Shown: positions 41,445-51,485 of the stretch, one piece after another
Numbering within the stretch: the first letter of the stretch is position 1
Layout of the letters: every line of letters begins with the position of its first letter
NCBI GenBank assembly: GCA_965208325.1
Contig: OZ242326.1
Span: 448,001-512,000 of the forward strand
From: Candidatus Poribacteria bacterium
Lineage (GTDB): Bacteria > Poribacteria > WGA-4E > PCPOR2b
Reading direction: 5' to 3'
Length of the DNA stretch: 64,000 nt
Program-made: the position numbers and the translations under genes
The notes under the pieces: generated by a model
What the model saw: the letters and a program-made list of their open reading frames with translations, nothing else
What the model was told of the DNA's origin: nothing
The model's database searches: none

Positions 41445-42380
41445 ATGACCGAAACAAGTAAGGGCGGTCTCGCAATCGCTAAACACATTGCATCGTCCTA
41501 CGGTGATGACTCCGGTGTCAAGGTAATTTTCGTCGGCGGTTCAGTCTCACGCGGCTGCGCAGACGAATACTCCGATCTTGAAATCGGTATCTTCTGGGTG
41601 GAGAGGCCATCCGTTCGCATGCGGAAGGCTGCTATCAAACGTGCCGGCGGAGAACTATGGTCGTTGAACGAGTCGCAGGGGAGTGAGAAGTGGGGACTCA
41701 ACGAAATTACTGTCAATGGAAAATCCTACGCGGGTATGTTAATGGTTTCTACGATACATCTCAGTGTCACAGAAACGGAAACCCGCCTATCAGATGTTAT
41801 TGATTGTTACGATACTGACATTGAGAAGCAGGGATTGCTTTCCGCCATCCAACACGGATTTCCGTTGCACGGCACGGCGATTCTTGGGCGATGGCGGGCT
41901 AGGGCATCCGCATACCCTGATGAGCTTGCACGGCGAATGGTTCGAGAGAACCTCTGGATGGCACCGTGGTTCTGCCCTGAACAGTATATTGGCAGAGACG
42001 ACCTTATCGTCCTGTACGATCACTATATTCAGATTGCGCAGGGCATTCTCAAGGTGCTGTCGGGGCTGAACCGTGTCTATTATGCAACTCCTTATACCAA
42101 GTGGATGGATTGGCTAATTCAGCAGATGCCGATTGCCCCGCCGGACCTGTCAGTTCGGTTGAAGTCAATTTTCCATGCGGGTGCCGCATCCGCGTGGATT
42201 GAACTTAAAGCGTTGGTTTTCGAAACCTTATGCCTTGTTGAGGATCACATGGCTGATGTAGGTACGCCAGTTTCGGGCGAAAAGAATCCACCCCACGTCA
42301 ACATTGCATGGGCGAAAAGGCGGTGGATGCCTCACTCACCGTACAGCCTCATGCGGAATATCGCCGCCGCCGAATATTAG
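41445..42380 (+). CDS. Nucleotidyltransferase-fold protein (DUF4037-like)
   Basis: GGSVSRGCADEYSDLE pol-beta NTase motif; helical C-terminus with LNRVY...KW. Confidence 0.7.
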   Translation: MTETSKGGLAIAKHIASSYGDDSGVKVIFVGGSVSRGCADEYSDLEIGIFWVERPSVRMRKAAIKRAGGELWSLNESQGSEKWGLNEITVNGKSYAGMLMVSTIHLSVTETETRLSDVIDCYDTDIEKQGLLSAIQHGFPLHGTAILGRWRARASAYPDELARRMVRENLWMAPWFCPEQYIGRDDLIVLYDHYIQIAQGILKVLSGLNRVYYATPYTKWMDWLIQQMPIAPPDLSVRLKSIFHAGAASAWIELKALVFETLCLVEDHMADVGTPVSGEKNPPHVNIAWAKRRWMPHSPYSLMRNIAAAEY

Positions 42381-42390
42381 GATTACTTAT

Positions 42391-43170
42391 ATGGCAAGCA
42401 TTTACGACTTTCCCGACGTCTACGATGCCGTGCTTCGATCGCCGCCTGATCAGATTGAAACAGAGGTTAACTCCATCCGGCAGTTACTGGGGGGGAGGCG
42501 AAGTGTAACCAAAGGCAGGATACTCGAACTTGCTTGTGGGACGTGTGCGCATGGAATACTTCTCGCTAAAAGCGGTTTTTCTGTAACAAGCATGGACATC
42601 AATCCGAACATGCTTGCCAGTGCACAGAATCGAATGGAAACTGCAGGAGTAAATATCCGACTCATTCAAGGTGATGTGGTTGATTTTAACCTAAGCGATA
42701 CAGGGTTTGACAGTGCGATTTTTATGGCAGAGACCTTCCCTCTCATTACCGCGTATGAAGATGTCAAGAGCCATTTTCAATCTGTGAGACGTCACCTCAA
42801 ACCGGGCGGACTCTACGTTATTGATATGGATAAACATTACTTCGCACCTCCAAAACGGGAAATAGGAGTGTGGAGTGAAAAAACAGTTCGCCTTGGCAAC
42901 GGACAAGTGGAGGTCTGGCTTGAGGATTATCCAGGTGATTGGGTTGAAGGAGTAAATCGCATGGCGATGCACTGCCGTATTCACCAAAATAATTCAGTCT
43001 ATGAGACAACCGACAATTGGAATATCCGGTATTATAACCCTTGGATGCTATCCCTACTGGCGCAAACATTGGAAGGATGGCGGTTAAAGGGATTCTTCTC
43101 GCGTCACAATCTGAACCAGGATATTGCCGAAGAATCACACTATTTCACAGTTTTGGAAAAAGCGTTTTAA
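42391..43170 (+). CDS. Class I SAM-dependent methyltransferase
   Basis: ILELACGT, MDINPNML, QGDVVDF, HLKPGGLYVID. Confidence 0.88.
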   Translation: MASIYDFPDVYDAVLRSPPDQIETEVNSIRQLLGGRRSVTKGRILELACGTCAHGILLAKSGFSVTSMDINPNMLASAQNRMETAGVNIRLIQGDVVDFNLSDTGFDSAIFMAETFPLITAYEDVKSHFQSVRRHLKPGGLYVIDMDKHYFAPPKREIGVWSEKTVRLGNGQVEVWLEDYPGDWVEGVNRMAMHCRIHQNNSVYETTDNWNIRYYNPWMLSLLAQTLEGWRLKGFFSRHNLNQDIAEESHYFTVLEKAF

Positions 43171-43192
43171 ACCATACACCGAGAGGCGCGTG

Positions 43193-46100
43193 ATGTTTCG
43201 CCAAGTCCACAAGATTTTGGGGTTTATGATACTCCTGTCCGTGGGGAATGGTCTAGCACAAGGCTCCGAGAACGTGCAACGCAAGTTTCATGTAGCGGAA
43301 AGGCCGGCAGCAGACAACCAACTTCTTAGCGACCGCGTTCTATCACTAGCCGTCGATTCACGCTATGTGTGGGTTGGAACAGATCGGGGTTTGAGTCGGT
43401 ACGATAAACTGCGCGGCGAGTGGGACAATTTTACCGTTAAAGACGGCTTGGCGCATAACACTGTGGTTTCCATCGCTCTAGACAGCGATTTGGCGTGGAT
43501 TGGTACACGTGATGGTGTGAGTCGTTTTGACGTGCATACAAATACCTGGACACGCTACATGCCGCGTGATGGCTTGGCAGGGCGAATCATCTCCTGCGTC
43601 GCTGTGGATTCGAGATTCATCTGGTTTGGCACACCAAACGGACTGTCGCGCTACGACAAAGAGACGAATAGTTGGGCGCAGAAACGTGAAAAGGACGGAC
43701 TTGCCGGGGACGCTGTGACGCGCATTACCATTGATGAAGACTACATCTGGATTGGTACACGGAATGGGATCTCCAGATACGACAAACTCACCGATTCATG
43801 GAACAACTACGACAAAAACAGCGGTCTCGTTGACAACAGAGTGACGGCTATAGCCGCAGACGGAAATTTGGTTTGGTTCGGTACGGAAGAAAAAGGCCTC
43901 AGCCTCTATGACCGGCGGAATTCGGATTTCGTCAGGACGTATACCAAAAAAGATCAGCTGGCGAGCGATCACATTAGGGCATTAGCAGCCGATGGGACAT
44001 CACTGTGGTTAGGAACCGCCGATCGCGGTGTACAGCGATATATCTTATCTGTGAACACATGGCAGCAATACACGGTTTTAAATCCTGAAAAAACGGAAAA
44101 TACGGCGCCAACTGGGTTAATTTCCAATCACATAACGGCGATTGCACCTGACGGTAACATGGTGTGGTTCGGCACACACGAACATGGACTGGCGCGGCAT
44201 GACTTGCTCAGTGGAACGTGGAAATTTTACGGCGAAGTAAAAGCGCTGAGCGACAACGATGTTAAAGATGTGGCTGTAACGGACGAATCGGTTTGGGTAG
44301 CGACGCGATTTGGATTGAATCAAGCATCGTATCCGGAAGTTGCGGAGTTTTCGACTGGATGTGATTGGCGAACATTTCGTAAAGCGGACGGTTTGGCGGA
44401 TAACTATATCACTTGTGTTTTGCAAGTGGAAGAAGACGTTTGGGTCGGTACGCCGAGTGGTTTGGGGTTGCGGCATGGAGACGAGGGTGAGTGGGTGTTT
44501 TTTTCGACGAAAGATGGACTTCCGCATGACTTCGTGACCTGCCTGGCGTGGCAACCGGCGGCCAGAGACACCGAGAAGCAGAATTCATGGGAAAGTCCGG
44601 GGAATGTGAAGGGGAAGACTGACGGCAGCACGCAATCAGGTTTTGATTCGCGTCTATGGATTGGGACAAAAGCCGGACTTTCGACATACGAACCGCAAAG
44701 CCGCCAATGGAATACGCATCCGTCGCCATTGCAAATTTCAGGTCGTGTTAGCGACATTGTATTCGGCGGTGATTTCGTCTGGATCGCCACGGAGTATGGA
44801 CTTGTTTATTATGATGGGACCTCAGGTGAATCAGGAAAACTGACCGTCAAGGACGGTTTACCTGCAGACATGATTAACACGGCTGCTATAGGCAATCGGT
44901 CTATATGGGTTGGCACACTGTCGGGCTTATCACAGTTGAGCAAATCATCATTCAAAACTCGTTCGCACGCGTCCGCCACGCACTTACCGCGTTCAAACGT
45001 CAGGGCGGTTGCCGTTGATGGCAAAGACGTCTGGGTTGGAACTCCGTCTGGTTTGTATTGCGTTGCTGGCGATGCATTTACACATTACACACGCGAGAGC
45101 ACCGATGGCGGGCTTGTTAGCGATAATGTTAAAGCTATTGAGATCAACGGCGGCAAAGTTTGGGTCGGTACCACTGCGGGCTTTAGTGTCTTGGATAAGC
45201 ATGGAAAGAAATGGTCGAAACATGCAGCTGCGGCAACCACAGAAGTGCTGCGATCCAATTGGGTAAGCAAGCTCACCGAGGATGGAACTGACATTTGGTT
45301 CGGCAATTGGAATGACTCTGCAGATGGCGCCATTGTAAAGTACGATAGACGAACAGATACCTTTCAATTCTTCGACAAAGATGACCTACCATTGAAACCC
45401 GCCGGCCGACCGATTACGCACATCCACGTACTAACCGTGGGGGAAAATGGGGTTTGGGCCGGCACTAACGGAGGGCTGTTACGCTACGACAAAACGAAGG
45501 ATTCATGGCGTCATTACACCGTGTACGACGGTCTTCCGAACAATGAAGTCTGGAGTATCATCTTCGATTCGCCCTACGTATGGACAGCACATATTGGCGG
45601 CGTGGTTAGTCGATATTCGATGGCAATGGATGAATGGACATCTTTCGAAATTTCGCCAAGCGAAACATGGAGCGGAGTCGGGTCCATGGCAGTTGACCCG
45701 CAATATGTTTGGGTCACGACGATGTGGGATGGGCTCAAGCGATACGAAAAATCAACGGGTACATGGACAAATGTCACGGAAGTACACGGTTTGGGTGATA
45801 ACGAAGCGAACGATCTACTTGTTGACGGTGAGCATGTCTGGGTCACGGGTTGGGGGGATGCCAGCCGATACAATCGGCGAACCGGGGAATGGAATGTCTT
45901 CAGCCGGTGGCGCGTGCTCTCCGGTCCGAATATTTACCTCAGTAGAGGTCTGAACGGAGTTTGGCTTGCATACCCATGGTTAAGTTGGGGCGATGCAATC
46001 GCCTCAAAATTTCACAATAAATCCGGTTCATGGACAACATTGAAAGTGCCGGAAATTGAAGGGGGCTATTTTGGACGTACCATGCAGGTTGTGGAATCCA

Positions 46101-47332
46101 TTGACAGTGTTTGGTTCGCGGTGGAATGGCTGGGATTGGCTCGATATAATAAAGCCTCAAACGACTGGACATTCTTCGATGAAAAAAATGGTCTTGCAAG
46201 CGGCGAGCTGCATGAGCACTCGATAGTCGTCGATGAAAACTATGTCTGGGTGGGAACGGCTGGTGGATTGGGTCGGTATGACATTGAGAGTGAGGTCTGG
46301 ACGACTTTCACGCAGTCGCCATTAACGCCGATTGGACGTGCTCCAAAAGTGTACGCCATTGCGGCTGAAGCGCGTTTTGTGTGGTTGGGAACCGCAAACG
46401 GCCTGCATCGGTATGACAAAGATACAGGCCGATGGTACTCCCCGCGACCAATGGGAAGACACGGTGAAATGGTGAATAATCCAAGCATCGCAAGTATTGC
46501 AATTGACGAAAAATATGTTTGGCTAGGTACTAACGAAGGTGTCTTGCGGTATGATAAGGCCGGAGACTACTGGGAAGTGTACACAGATGAAAACGGTCTT
46601 CCATCCAACGCTATCCGAGATGTGGCAGTCAAAAGCTACGAAGTGTGGATTGCGACGAATCATGGTGCCGCGGTATTCAACCGACTCTCAGACGATCCAA
46701 ACACTTGGGAGCCGCACACACAGGAGCTGGAAATCAAAGGGATGCAAGATGTCAAAAAGTACGCACAGACGCTGTTGAGCAATGATGTCCGGTGCATCGG
46801 CGTCGGCGCTAGGTCTATATGGTTCGGTACGGACAAAGGCGCCTGCCGCTACGATAGAGAGAAAAAAACATGGAAACCCTTAATTGCAAATATTGCATCT
46901 TCATCACAAATTGCCGGATTCTCAGAGTCTCACGCCCATCACACACCGAATATTGCCGACATCAGCGCAATCGCCGTTGATGAAGATTTTGTCTGGTTCG
47001 GCACCGAGCACGGCGCGATGAAGTATCACCTAGAATCCGGGAAATTCGACACGTTCACTCAATCGGACGGTTTAGCGGGAAATATCGTTACGTGTATCGC
47101 TCTCAACGACGAGGAAATCTGGTTCGGATCGGCGAACGCGGGGGTCGCACGTATGGATAAAGCCACAGGTAAATGGCGCGTCTTTGACACAAGCCATGGT
47201 CTGCTCCACAATCGAGTGGAAGCCATCGCGTTTGACGGGGACCAGCGGTGGTTCGGCACAGAGCTTGGACTGTGTCGGTATGATCCAAAAACCGAAACAT
47301 GGACAAGTTATGCGGAGGGTTTCAATCCTTGA
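43193..47332 (+). CDS. Giant secreted beta-propeller repeat protein, paralogue 2
   Basis: Signal peptide ending GLA-Q; same repeat, colinear with paralogue 1. Confidence 0.85.
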   Translation: MFRQVHKILGFMILLSVGNGLAQGSENVQRKFHVAERPAADNQLLSDRVLSLAVDSRYVWVGTDRGLSRYDKLRGEWDNFTVKDGLAHNTVVSIALDSDLAWIGTRDGVSRFDVHTNTWTRYMPRDGLAGRIISCVAVDSRFIWFGTPNGLSRYDKETNSWAQKREKDGLAGDAVTRITIDEDYIWIGTRNGISRYDKLTDSWNNYDKNSGLVDNRVTAIAADGNLVWFGTEEKGLSLYDRRNSDFVRTYTKKDQLASDHIRALAADGTSLWLGTADRGVQRYILSVNTWQQYTVLNPEKTENTAPTGLISNHITAIAPDGNMVWFGTHEHGLARHDLLSGTWKFYGEVKALSDNDVKDVAVTDESVWVATRFGLNQASYPEVAEFSTGCDWRTFRKADGLADNYITCVLQVEEDVWVGTPSGLGLRHGDEGEWVFFSTKDGLPHDFVTCLAWQPAARDTEKQNSWESPGNVKGKTDGSTQSGFDSRLWIGTKAGLSTYEPQSRQWNTHPSPLQISGRVSDIVFGGDFVWIATEYGLVYYDGTSGESGKLTVKDGLPADMINTAAIGNRSIWVGTLSGLSQLSKSSFKTRSHASATHLPRSNVRAVAVDGKDVWVGTPSGLYCVAGDAFTHYTRESTDGGLVSDNVKAIEINGGKVWVGTTAGFSVLDKHGKKWSKHAAAATTEVLRSNWVSKLTEDGTDIWFGNWNDSADGAIVKYDRRTDTFQFFDKDDLPLKPAGRPITHIHVLTVGENGVWAGTNGGLLRYDKTKDSWRHYTVYDGLPNNEVWSIIFDSPYVWTAHIGGVVSRYSMAMDEWTSFEISPSETWSGVGSMAVDPQYVWVTTMWDGLKRYEKSTGTWTNVTEVHGLGDNEANDLLVDGEHVWVTGWGDASRYNRRTGEWNVFSRWRVLSGPNIYLSRGLNGVWLAYPWLSWGDAIASKFHNKSGSWTTLKVPEIEGGYFGRTMQVVESIDSVWFAVEWLGLARYNKASNDWTFFDEKNGLASGELHEHSIVVDENYVWVGTAGGLGRYDIESEVWTTFTQSPLTPIGRAPKVYAIAAEARFVWLGTANGLHRYDKDTGRWYSPRPMGRHGEMVNNPSIASIAIDEKYVWLGTNEGVLRYDKAGDYWEVYTDENGLPSNAIRDVAVKSYEVWIATNHGAAVFNRLSDDPNTWEPHTQELEIKGMQDVKKYAQTLLSNDVRCIGVGARSIWFGTDKGACRYDREKKTWKPLIANIASSSQIAGFSESHAHHTPNIADISAIAVDEDFVWFGTEHGAMKYHLESGKFDTFTQSDGLAGNIVTCIALNDEEIWFGSANAGVARMDKATGKWRVFDTSHGLLHNRVEAIAFDGDQRWFGTELGLCRYDPKTETWTSYAEGFNP

Positions 47333-47365
47333 CGGTCCAAGGATTTCCAGCAGAGAAATGACAAT

Positions 47366-50300
47366 ATGAAGAAACAGGTGAAATGCACCATACAGATTTT
47401 GCATTACTTATTGCTAATCTCCCTGATCGGGAGCGGTTTGGCTCAGCTTAACTCACAGGACGAAAAATCGGCTGTTCTTGAGGAATCGGCCCTTGCCCAA
47501 CTGGCATCAGAAAATACGTTGGTGAGCGATAACATCCGCTGCGTTTCAACTTCAGCCGACTACGTTTGGGTAGCAACAGACCGAGGCGTCAGCATCTACC
47601 ATAAGGCGGATAGCCGCTGGACGAAGTTAGATTGGGAAGACGGTTTAGTCTCGGACGATGTCACAGCGTTGTCCGCCGATCGAGAGTTTCTCTGGGTAGG
47701 TACAACTCTGGGAATCAGCCTATACAACATAGAGAATGGCAGTTTGACGAAGTTTCAACGGCGCGACGGTTTAGCAAGCAACAAAGTCACCGCAATCGCT
47801 GTGGACGGAAATTACACCTGGGTCGGTACGGAGTCCGGTATTTCGCGTTATGATAAGACAACGGGTACATGGGCATTACAACGTGAGAAAGACAAAGATC
47901 GGTTTAACTCCATTACCGCAATTGCTGTGGAATCGGAGTATGTTTGGTTTGGTACAGAAAATGGACTACGGCGATACGATAAGTTAAAAGACGCATGGAA
48001 CGCATACACGAAAGAGGACGGGCTGGTGGAAAACCATGTCCGCTGTATTGCATTAAGCCCTGATTCTGTTTGGGTGGGAACAGAGAAATCGGGTGTGAGC
48101 AAATACAGTGTAGCCAACCAATCCTTCACCGAAAGCTATACGCGGACAGATCTATTGGAAAGCGATTTCATCAGGGCGATTGCCGTTGACGGCGACAATG
48201 TCTGGTTTGGTTCCGCGGACCGCGGTATTCGTCGGTTTATTTCAACGGTGAATACTTGGTTTAAGTACACGACTGGCAAGGGTTTAGTTAGCGACCACAT
48301 TTCTTGGCTGCATGTTGATGGCGGTCACATTTGGATCGGCACCTACGAGTTCGGTTTGGGTCAATTCGATAAAACGAACGATGGCTGGACATGGTATTCA
48401 AAGCGAGATTCGCTGGTGTCCAATCAAATCAAATCCGTCGTATCAACTGAGAAGGCACTCTGGATTGGTACGAATAAAGGCTTAAGTCGCTATGCACCTC
48501 AAAAAAAGTCGTGGAAAACGTTCACGAAGGCAGATGGTTTAGTAACAAATTATATTACGCATCTGACGAAGGGTGTGGATAATAGCACGATATGGGTCGG
48601 GACGCCACTGGGGTTAGGGGCACTAGTCGGAAAACAGTGGAGATTCTATACGGAAAGGCATGGACTGGCAAATGATTACGTTACCGGTATCAGTGCGGTT
48701 CCCGGTAAGATTTGGGTTGCGACCAAGGGGGGAGTGAGTTCTTTTTCCGTAACCGCAAACCGGGAAACTGGGATTGAACAGACTAGCGCATCAACAATTG
48801 GGCAAGACTCACCGCACGTTTCATCCGGCGTCACCCTTTATGATTCACAAACGTATCTTACAAGCAAGTGGGTAACCGCCGTGCTGGTGATTGGGCAAAA
48901 TGTGTGGGCGGGCACAACAGATGGGCTGTACCGGATAAACGATGAAACAGGTGAATTTGAGCCCGTTCTGGAAGTTAGGAATTATGTTAACGCACTTTCC
49001 TCTAGTGTTGATAGGCAATTGCTGGTTGGCACGCGAAACGGCTTGTGGATCATAGGTGGCGAAAAGTCATCACATATCACGGAGGGATTGCCGAACTTGA
49101 ATGTCAGGAGCGTCGCGGAAGACAACGGTACCATCTGGGTAGGAACTCCGGGCGGTGTTGCGCGTCTGAATGACGGAAACGTTAATCAGGTTATTACGAT
49201 GCAGGCTGCCGGTTTGCTTCACGATAATGTACGGAGCATTGTGGTCTCGGATCAGCAGGTTTATTTCGGTACTGCCGCCGGTCTCGCTATCTATAACGTA
49301 GAGAAAAATCAGTGGGAACAATATAAACCGTATTACGACACAGAAATCCTTAAAGAGGAGCAAATTCGTTGGATAGAGTTGGATGAGCACAATCTATGGG
49401 CTCTTAATTGGTCGTCTTCTCCGAATGGCGCAATATTAAAATTCGATCGGCGTACTGAGACTTGGATCGAATACACGAAATACGCTCTGCCTCTCTCTTC
49501 AAATGTCCCGTTTATCACCGAAATTCACCGCCTTGCGGTAGGTGAAGAGGATGTCTGGTTTGCCGCTGGAGACGGCGGCGTACTTCGGTACAATAAAGCA
49601 TCGGATACATGGACCCACATCACTATGCCCACTGGGATACCGGGGCACCAAGCTATGCTAATCGAGCTTGACGGACCGAATGGCGTTTGGGTTTCATTCC
49701 AAGGCGGCATAGCAGGGAAGTACGATACGCGAACGCAGCAATGGGAGACCGTGAAGGTGACAGATTCTGGTGCAGGAACGCGCATTGAGGACATTGCTTG
49801 CACAAACGACTACGTCTGGTTCGCTACAAATAGCGCAGGGGTCAGAAGATATGAACAAGCCACGCAAACCTGGAAATCGTACACAGAAGCGCAAGGTATG
49901 GCGTCGCGGTTTACTCCGTGGATTGACGCGGACGGCGAAGGCGTGTGGACTAGCGGCGGTACTTCTTGGTCATGGGTCAGTGACCGCGGGGTGCAAGGAG
50001 TGAGTTTCTATCGCCCAAAAGAAAACAGTTGGACATTTTTTGACCGGAGAAACGGTTTGCGTGCAGAGGCGACCGGATACGGACAGGTTGGCAAAGATTA
50101 TGTTTGGTGCTTTGGAGGGGAAGGAATCAACAGATACCATAAAACAAGGAAATCTTGGACTTCCTTCAATTCGAGCGATGGTTTGATAGTCCATAATGTC
50201 CGTGCAGTCGCAAGAGACAGTGACGGTTTCTGGGTAGGTTCGGATGAAAGCGGTATCTGGAAGTATGCGCAAGCCTCTGGTGCATGGACAGTGTTCACTG

Positions 50301-51448
50301 TTGAGGACGGTTTGATTGATGGCAGCGTCCAACCTTACGCGCTCAAAGTTGGTCCGGAACATGTGTGGGTTGGAACGTCACAAGGATTAAGCCGATACGA
50401 TAAGAGGAGGAGGACATGGATTTCGTTAATGAAGCCGGCCACATTGGCGGACCGCCGAGCCGTCTCTGTTGCTGCTGATAGCCAATTTGTATGGGTCGGA
50501 ACACACCGCGGCTTGAGTCGATACGACAAAAGGTACGACAGATGGAGACATTTTAGGACTGAAGAGCAAGAAAACGAGGATAATGGAGACGATGAGGACG
50601 ATAAAACTAAGCAAGAAAAAAGGAACCAACTGGTGGACAACAGTGTCGTAGATCTATCTGTCGGTGTACGGTACGTTTGGATCGCGACTGAAGGCGGGGT
50701 GGGCCGGTACGACAAAATCGCTAATCGTTTTGAATCGTATACCCACGAGAACCAACTGCCGAGCGTCGATATCCGAGCGGTTGCAGAGAATGAAAGCGAT
50801 GTGTGGATTGGGACGAAAAACGGTATTGGCAAGCACAGTATTCTTTCGGAAGATCGAAATGCCTGGGAAACATTTAACACTGCGATTGAAATCCTGCCAA
50901 CAGTGAAAGGTAAGTACGCTAAGAGCTTGGAAAATGATGACGTGCGATGCCTTGCAGTCGATGATTTTCGAGTTTGGGTCGGAACCAAAACGGGCGTGTC
51001 ACTCTATGAAATTGAAAAAGGGACGTGGAGTACCTTTACTCAAAAGGACGGGTTGGCAAGTGACGAGGTAAGTTGTATTACTTTTGACGAGGGGCGCGTA
51101 TGGTTTGGAAGCGGGCGCGGTGTGACAGTTTATGATACGGAAAATGATACTTGGAAGGTTCTTACGGAAGCGGATGGGTTGGGTTCAAATCTAATCACGT
51201 CAATTGCAAATCACCGGAGCCAAATCTGGTTTGGCACATTCGATAGTGGAGCCACTGTGTATGACAAAATCACCGGAAAATTCACGACCTTCACCAAAGC
51301 TGATGGCCTTCCTCATAATGGCATCCTGTCGATCGCGGCTGACGGTAACTGTCTCTGGTTCGGCACACACGGCGGGTTGACCCGATACGATTCTTTAGCT
51401 GGGACGTGGACAGTCTATACTGAGCGATTTGACTATGATGGGCTGTAG
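47366..51448 (+). CDS. Giant secreted beta-propeller repeat protein, paralogue 3
   Basis: Signal peptide ending GLA-Q; same repeat, colinear with paralogues 1 and 2. Confidence 0.85.
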   Translation: MKKQVKCTIQILHYLLLISLIGSGLAQLNSQDEKSAVLEESALAQLASENTLVSDNIRCVSTSADYVWVATDRGVSIYHKADSRWTKLDWEDGLVSDDVTALSADREFLWVGTTLGISLYNIENGSLTKFQRRDGLASNKVTAIAVDGNYTWVGTESGISRYDKTTGTWALQREKDKDRFNSITAIAVESEYVWFGTENGLRRYDKLKDAWNAYTKEDGLVENHVRCIALSPDSVWVGTEKSGVSKYSVANQSFTESYTRTDLLESDFIRAIAVDGDNVWFGSADRGIRRFISTVNTWFKYTTGKGLVSDHISWLHVDGGHIWIGTYEFGLGQFDKTNDGWTWYSKRDSLVSNQIKSVVSTEKALWIGTNKGLSRYAPQKKSWKTFTKADGLVTNYITHLTKGVDNSTIWVGTPLGLGALVGKQWRFYTERHGLANDYVTGISAVPGKIWVATKGGVSSFSVTANRETGIEQTSASTIGQDSPHVSSGVTLYDSQTYLTSKWVTAVLVIGQNVWAGTTDGLYRINDETGEFEPVLEVRNYVNALSSSVDRQLLVGTRNGLWIIGGEKSSHITEGLPNLNVRSVAEDNGTIWVGTPGGVARLNDGNVNQVITMQAAGLLHDNVRSIVVSDQQVYFGTAAGLAIYNVEKNQWEQYKPYYDTEILKEEQIRWIELDEHNLWALNWSSSPNGAILKFDRRTETWIEYTKYALPLSSNVPFITEIHRLAVGEEDVWFAAGDGGVLRYNKASDTWTHITMPTGIPGHQAMLIELDGPNGVWVSFQGGIAGKYDTRTQQWETVKVTDSGAGTRIEDIACTNDYVWFATNSAGVRRYEQATQTWKSYTEAQGMASRFTPWIDADGEGVWTSGGTSWSWVSDRGVQGVSFYRPKENSWTFFDRRNGLRAEATGYGQVGKDYVWCFGGEGINRYHKTRKSWTSFNSSDGLIVHNVRAVARDSDGFWVGSDESGIWKYAQASGAWTVFTVEDGLIDGSVQPYALKVGPEHVWVGTSQGLSRYDKRRRTWISLMKPATLADRRAVSVAADSQFVWVGTHRGLSRYDKRYDRWRHFRTEEQENEDNGDDEDDKTKQEKRNQLVDNSVVDLSVGVRYVWIATEGGVGRYDKIANRFESYTHENQLPSVDIRAVAENESDVWIGTKNGIGKHSILSEDRNAWETFNTAIEILPTVKGKYAKSLENDDVRCLAVDDFRVWVGTKTGVSLYEIEKGTWSTFTQKDGLASDEVSCITFDEGRVWFGSGRGVTVYDTENDTWKVLTEADGLGSNLITSIANHRSQIWFGTFDSGATVYDKITGKFTTFTKADGLPHNGILSIAADGNCLWFGTHGGLTRYDSLAGTWTVYTERFDYDGL

Positions 51449-51485
51449 AGCTTAATACACAATACACATTGAGGAAGTTAATCAG

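Noticed and set aside
37353..51448. Hybrid two-component sensor kinases
   Set aside because: No Y_Y_Y, TM, HisKA/HATPase or receiver domain; the proteins end right after the last repeat.
37353..51448. Diversity-generating retroelement or recent DNA-level duplication
   Set aside because: Paralogy is visible only at the protein level; no reverse transcriptase or near-identical TR/VR pair was seen.
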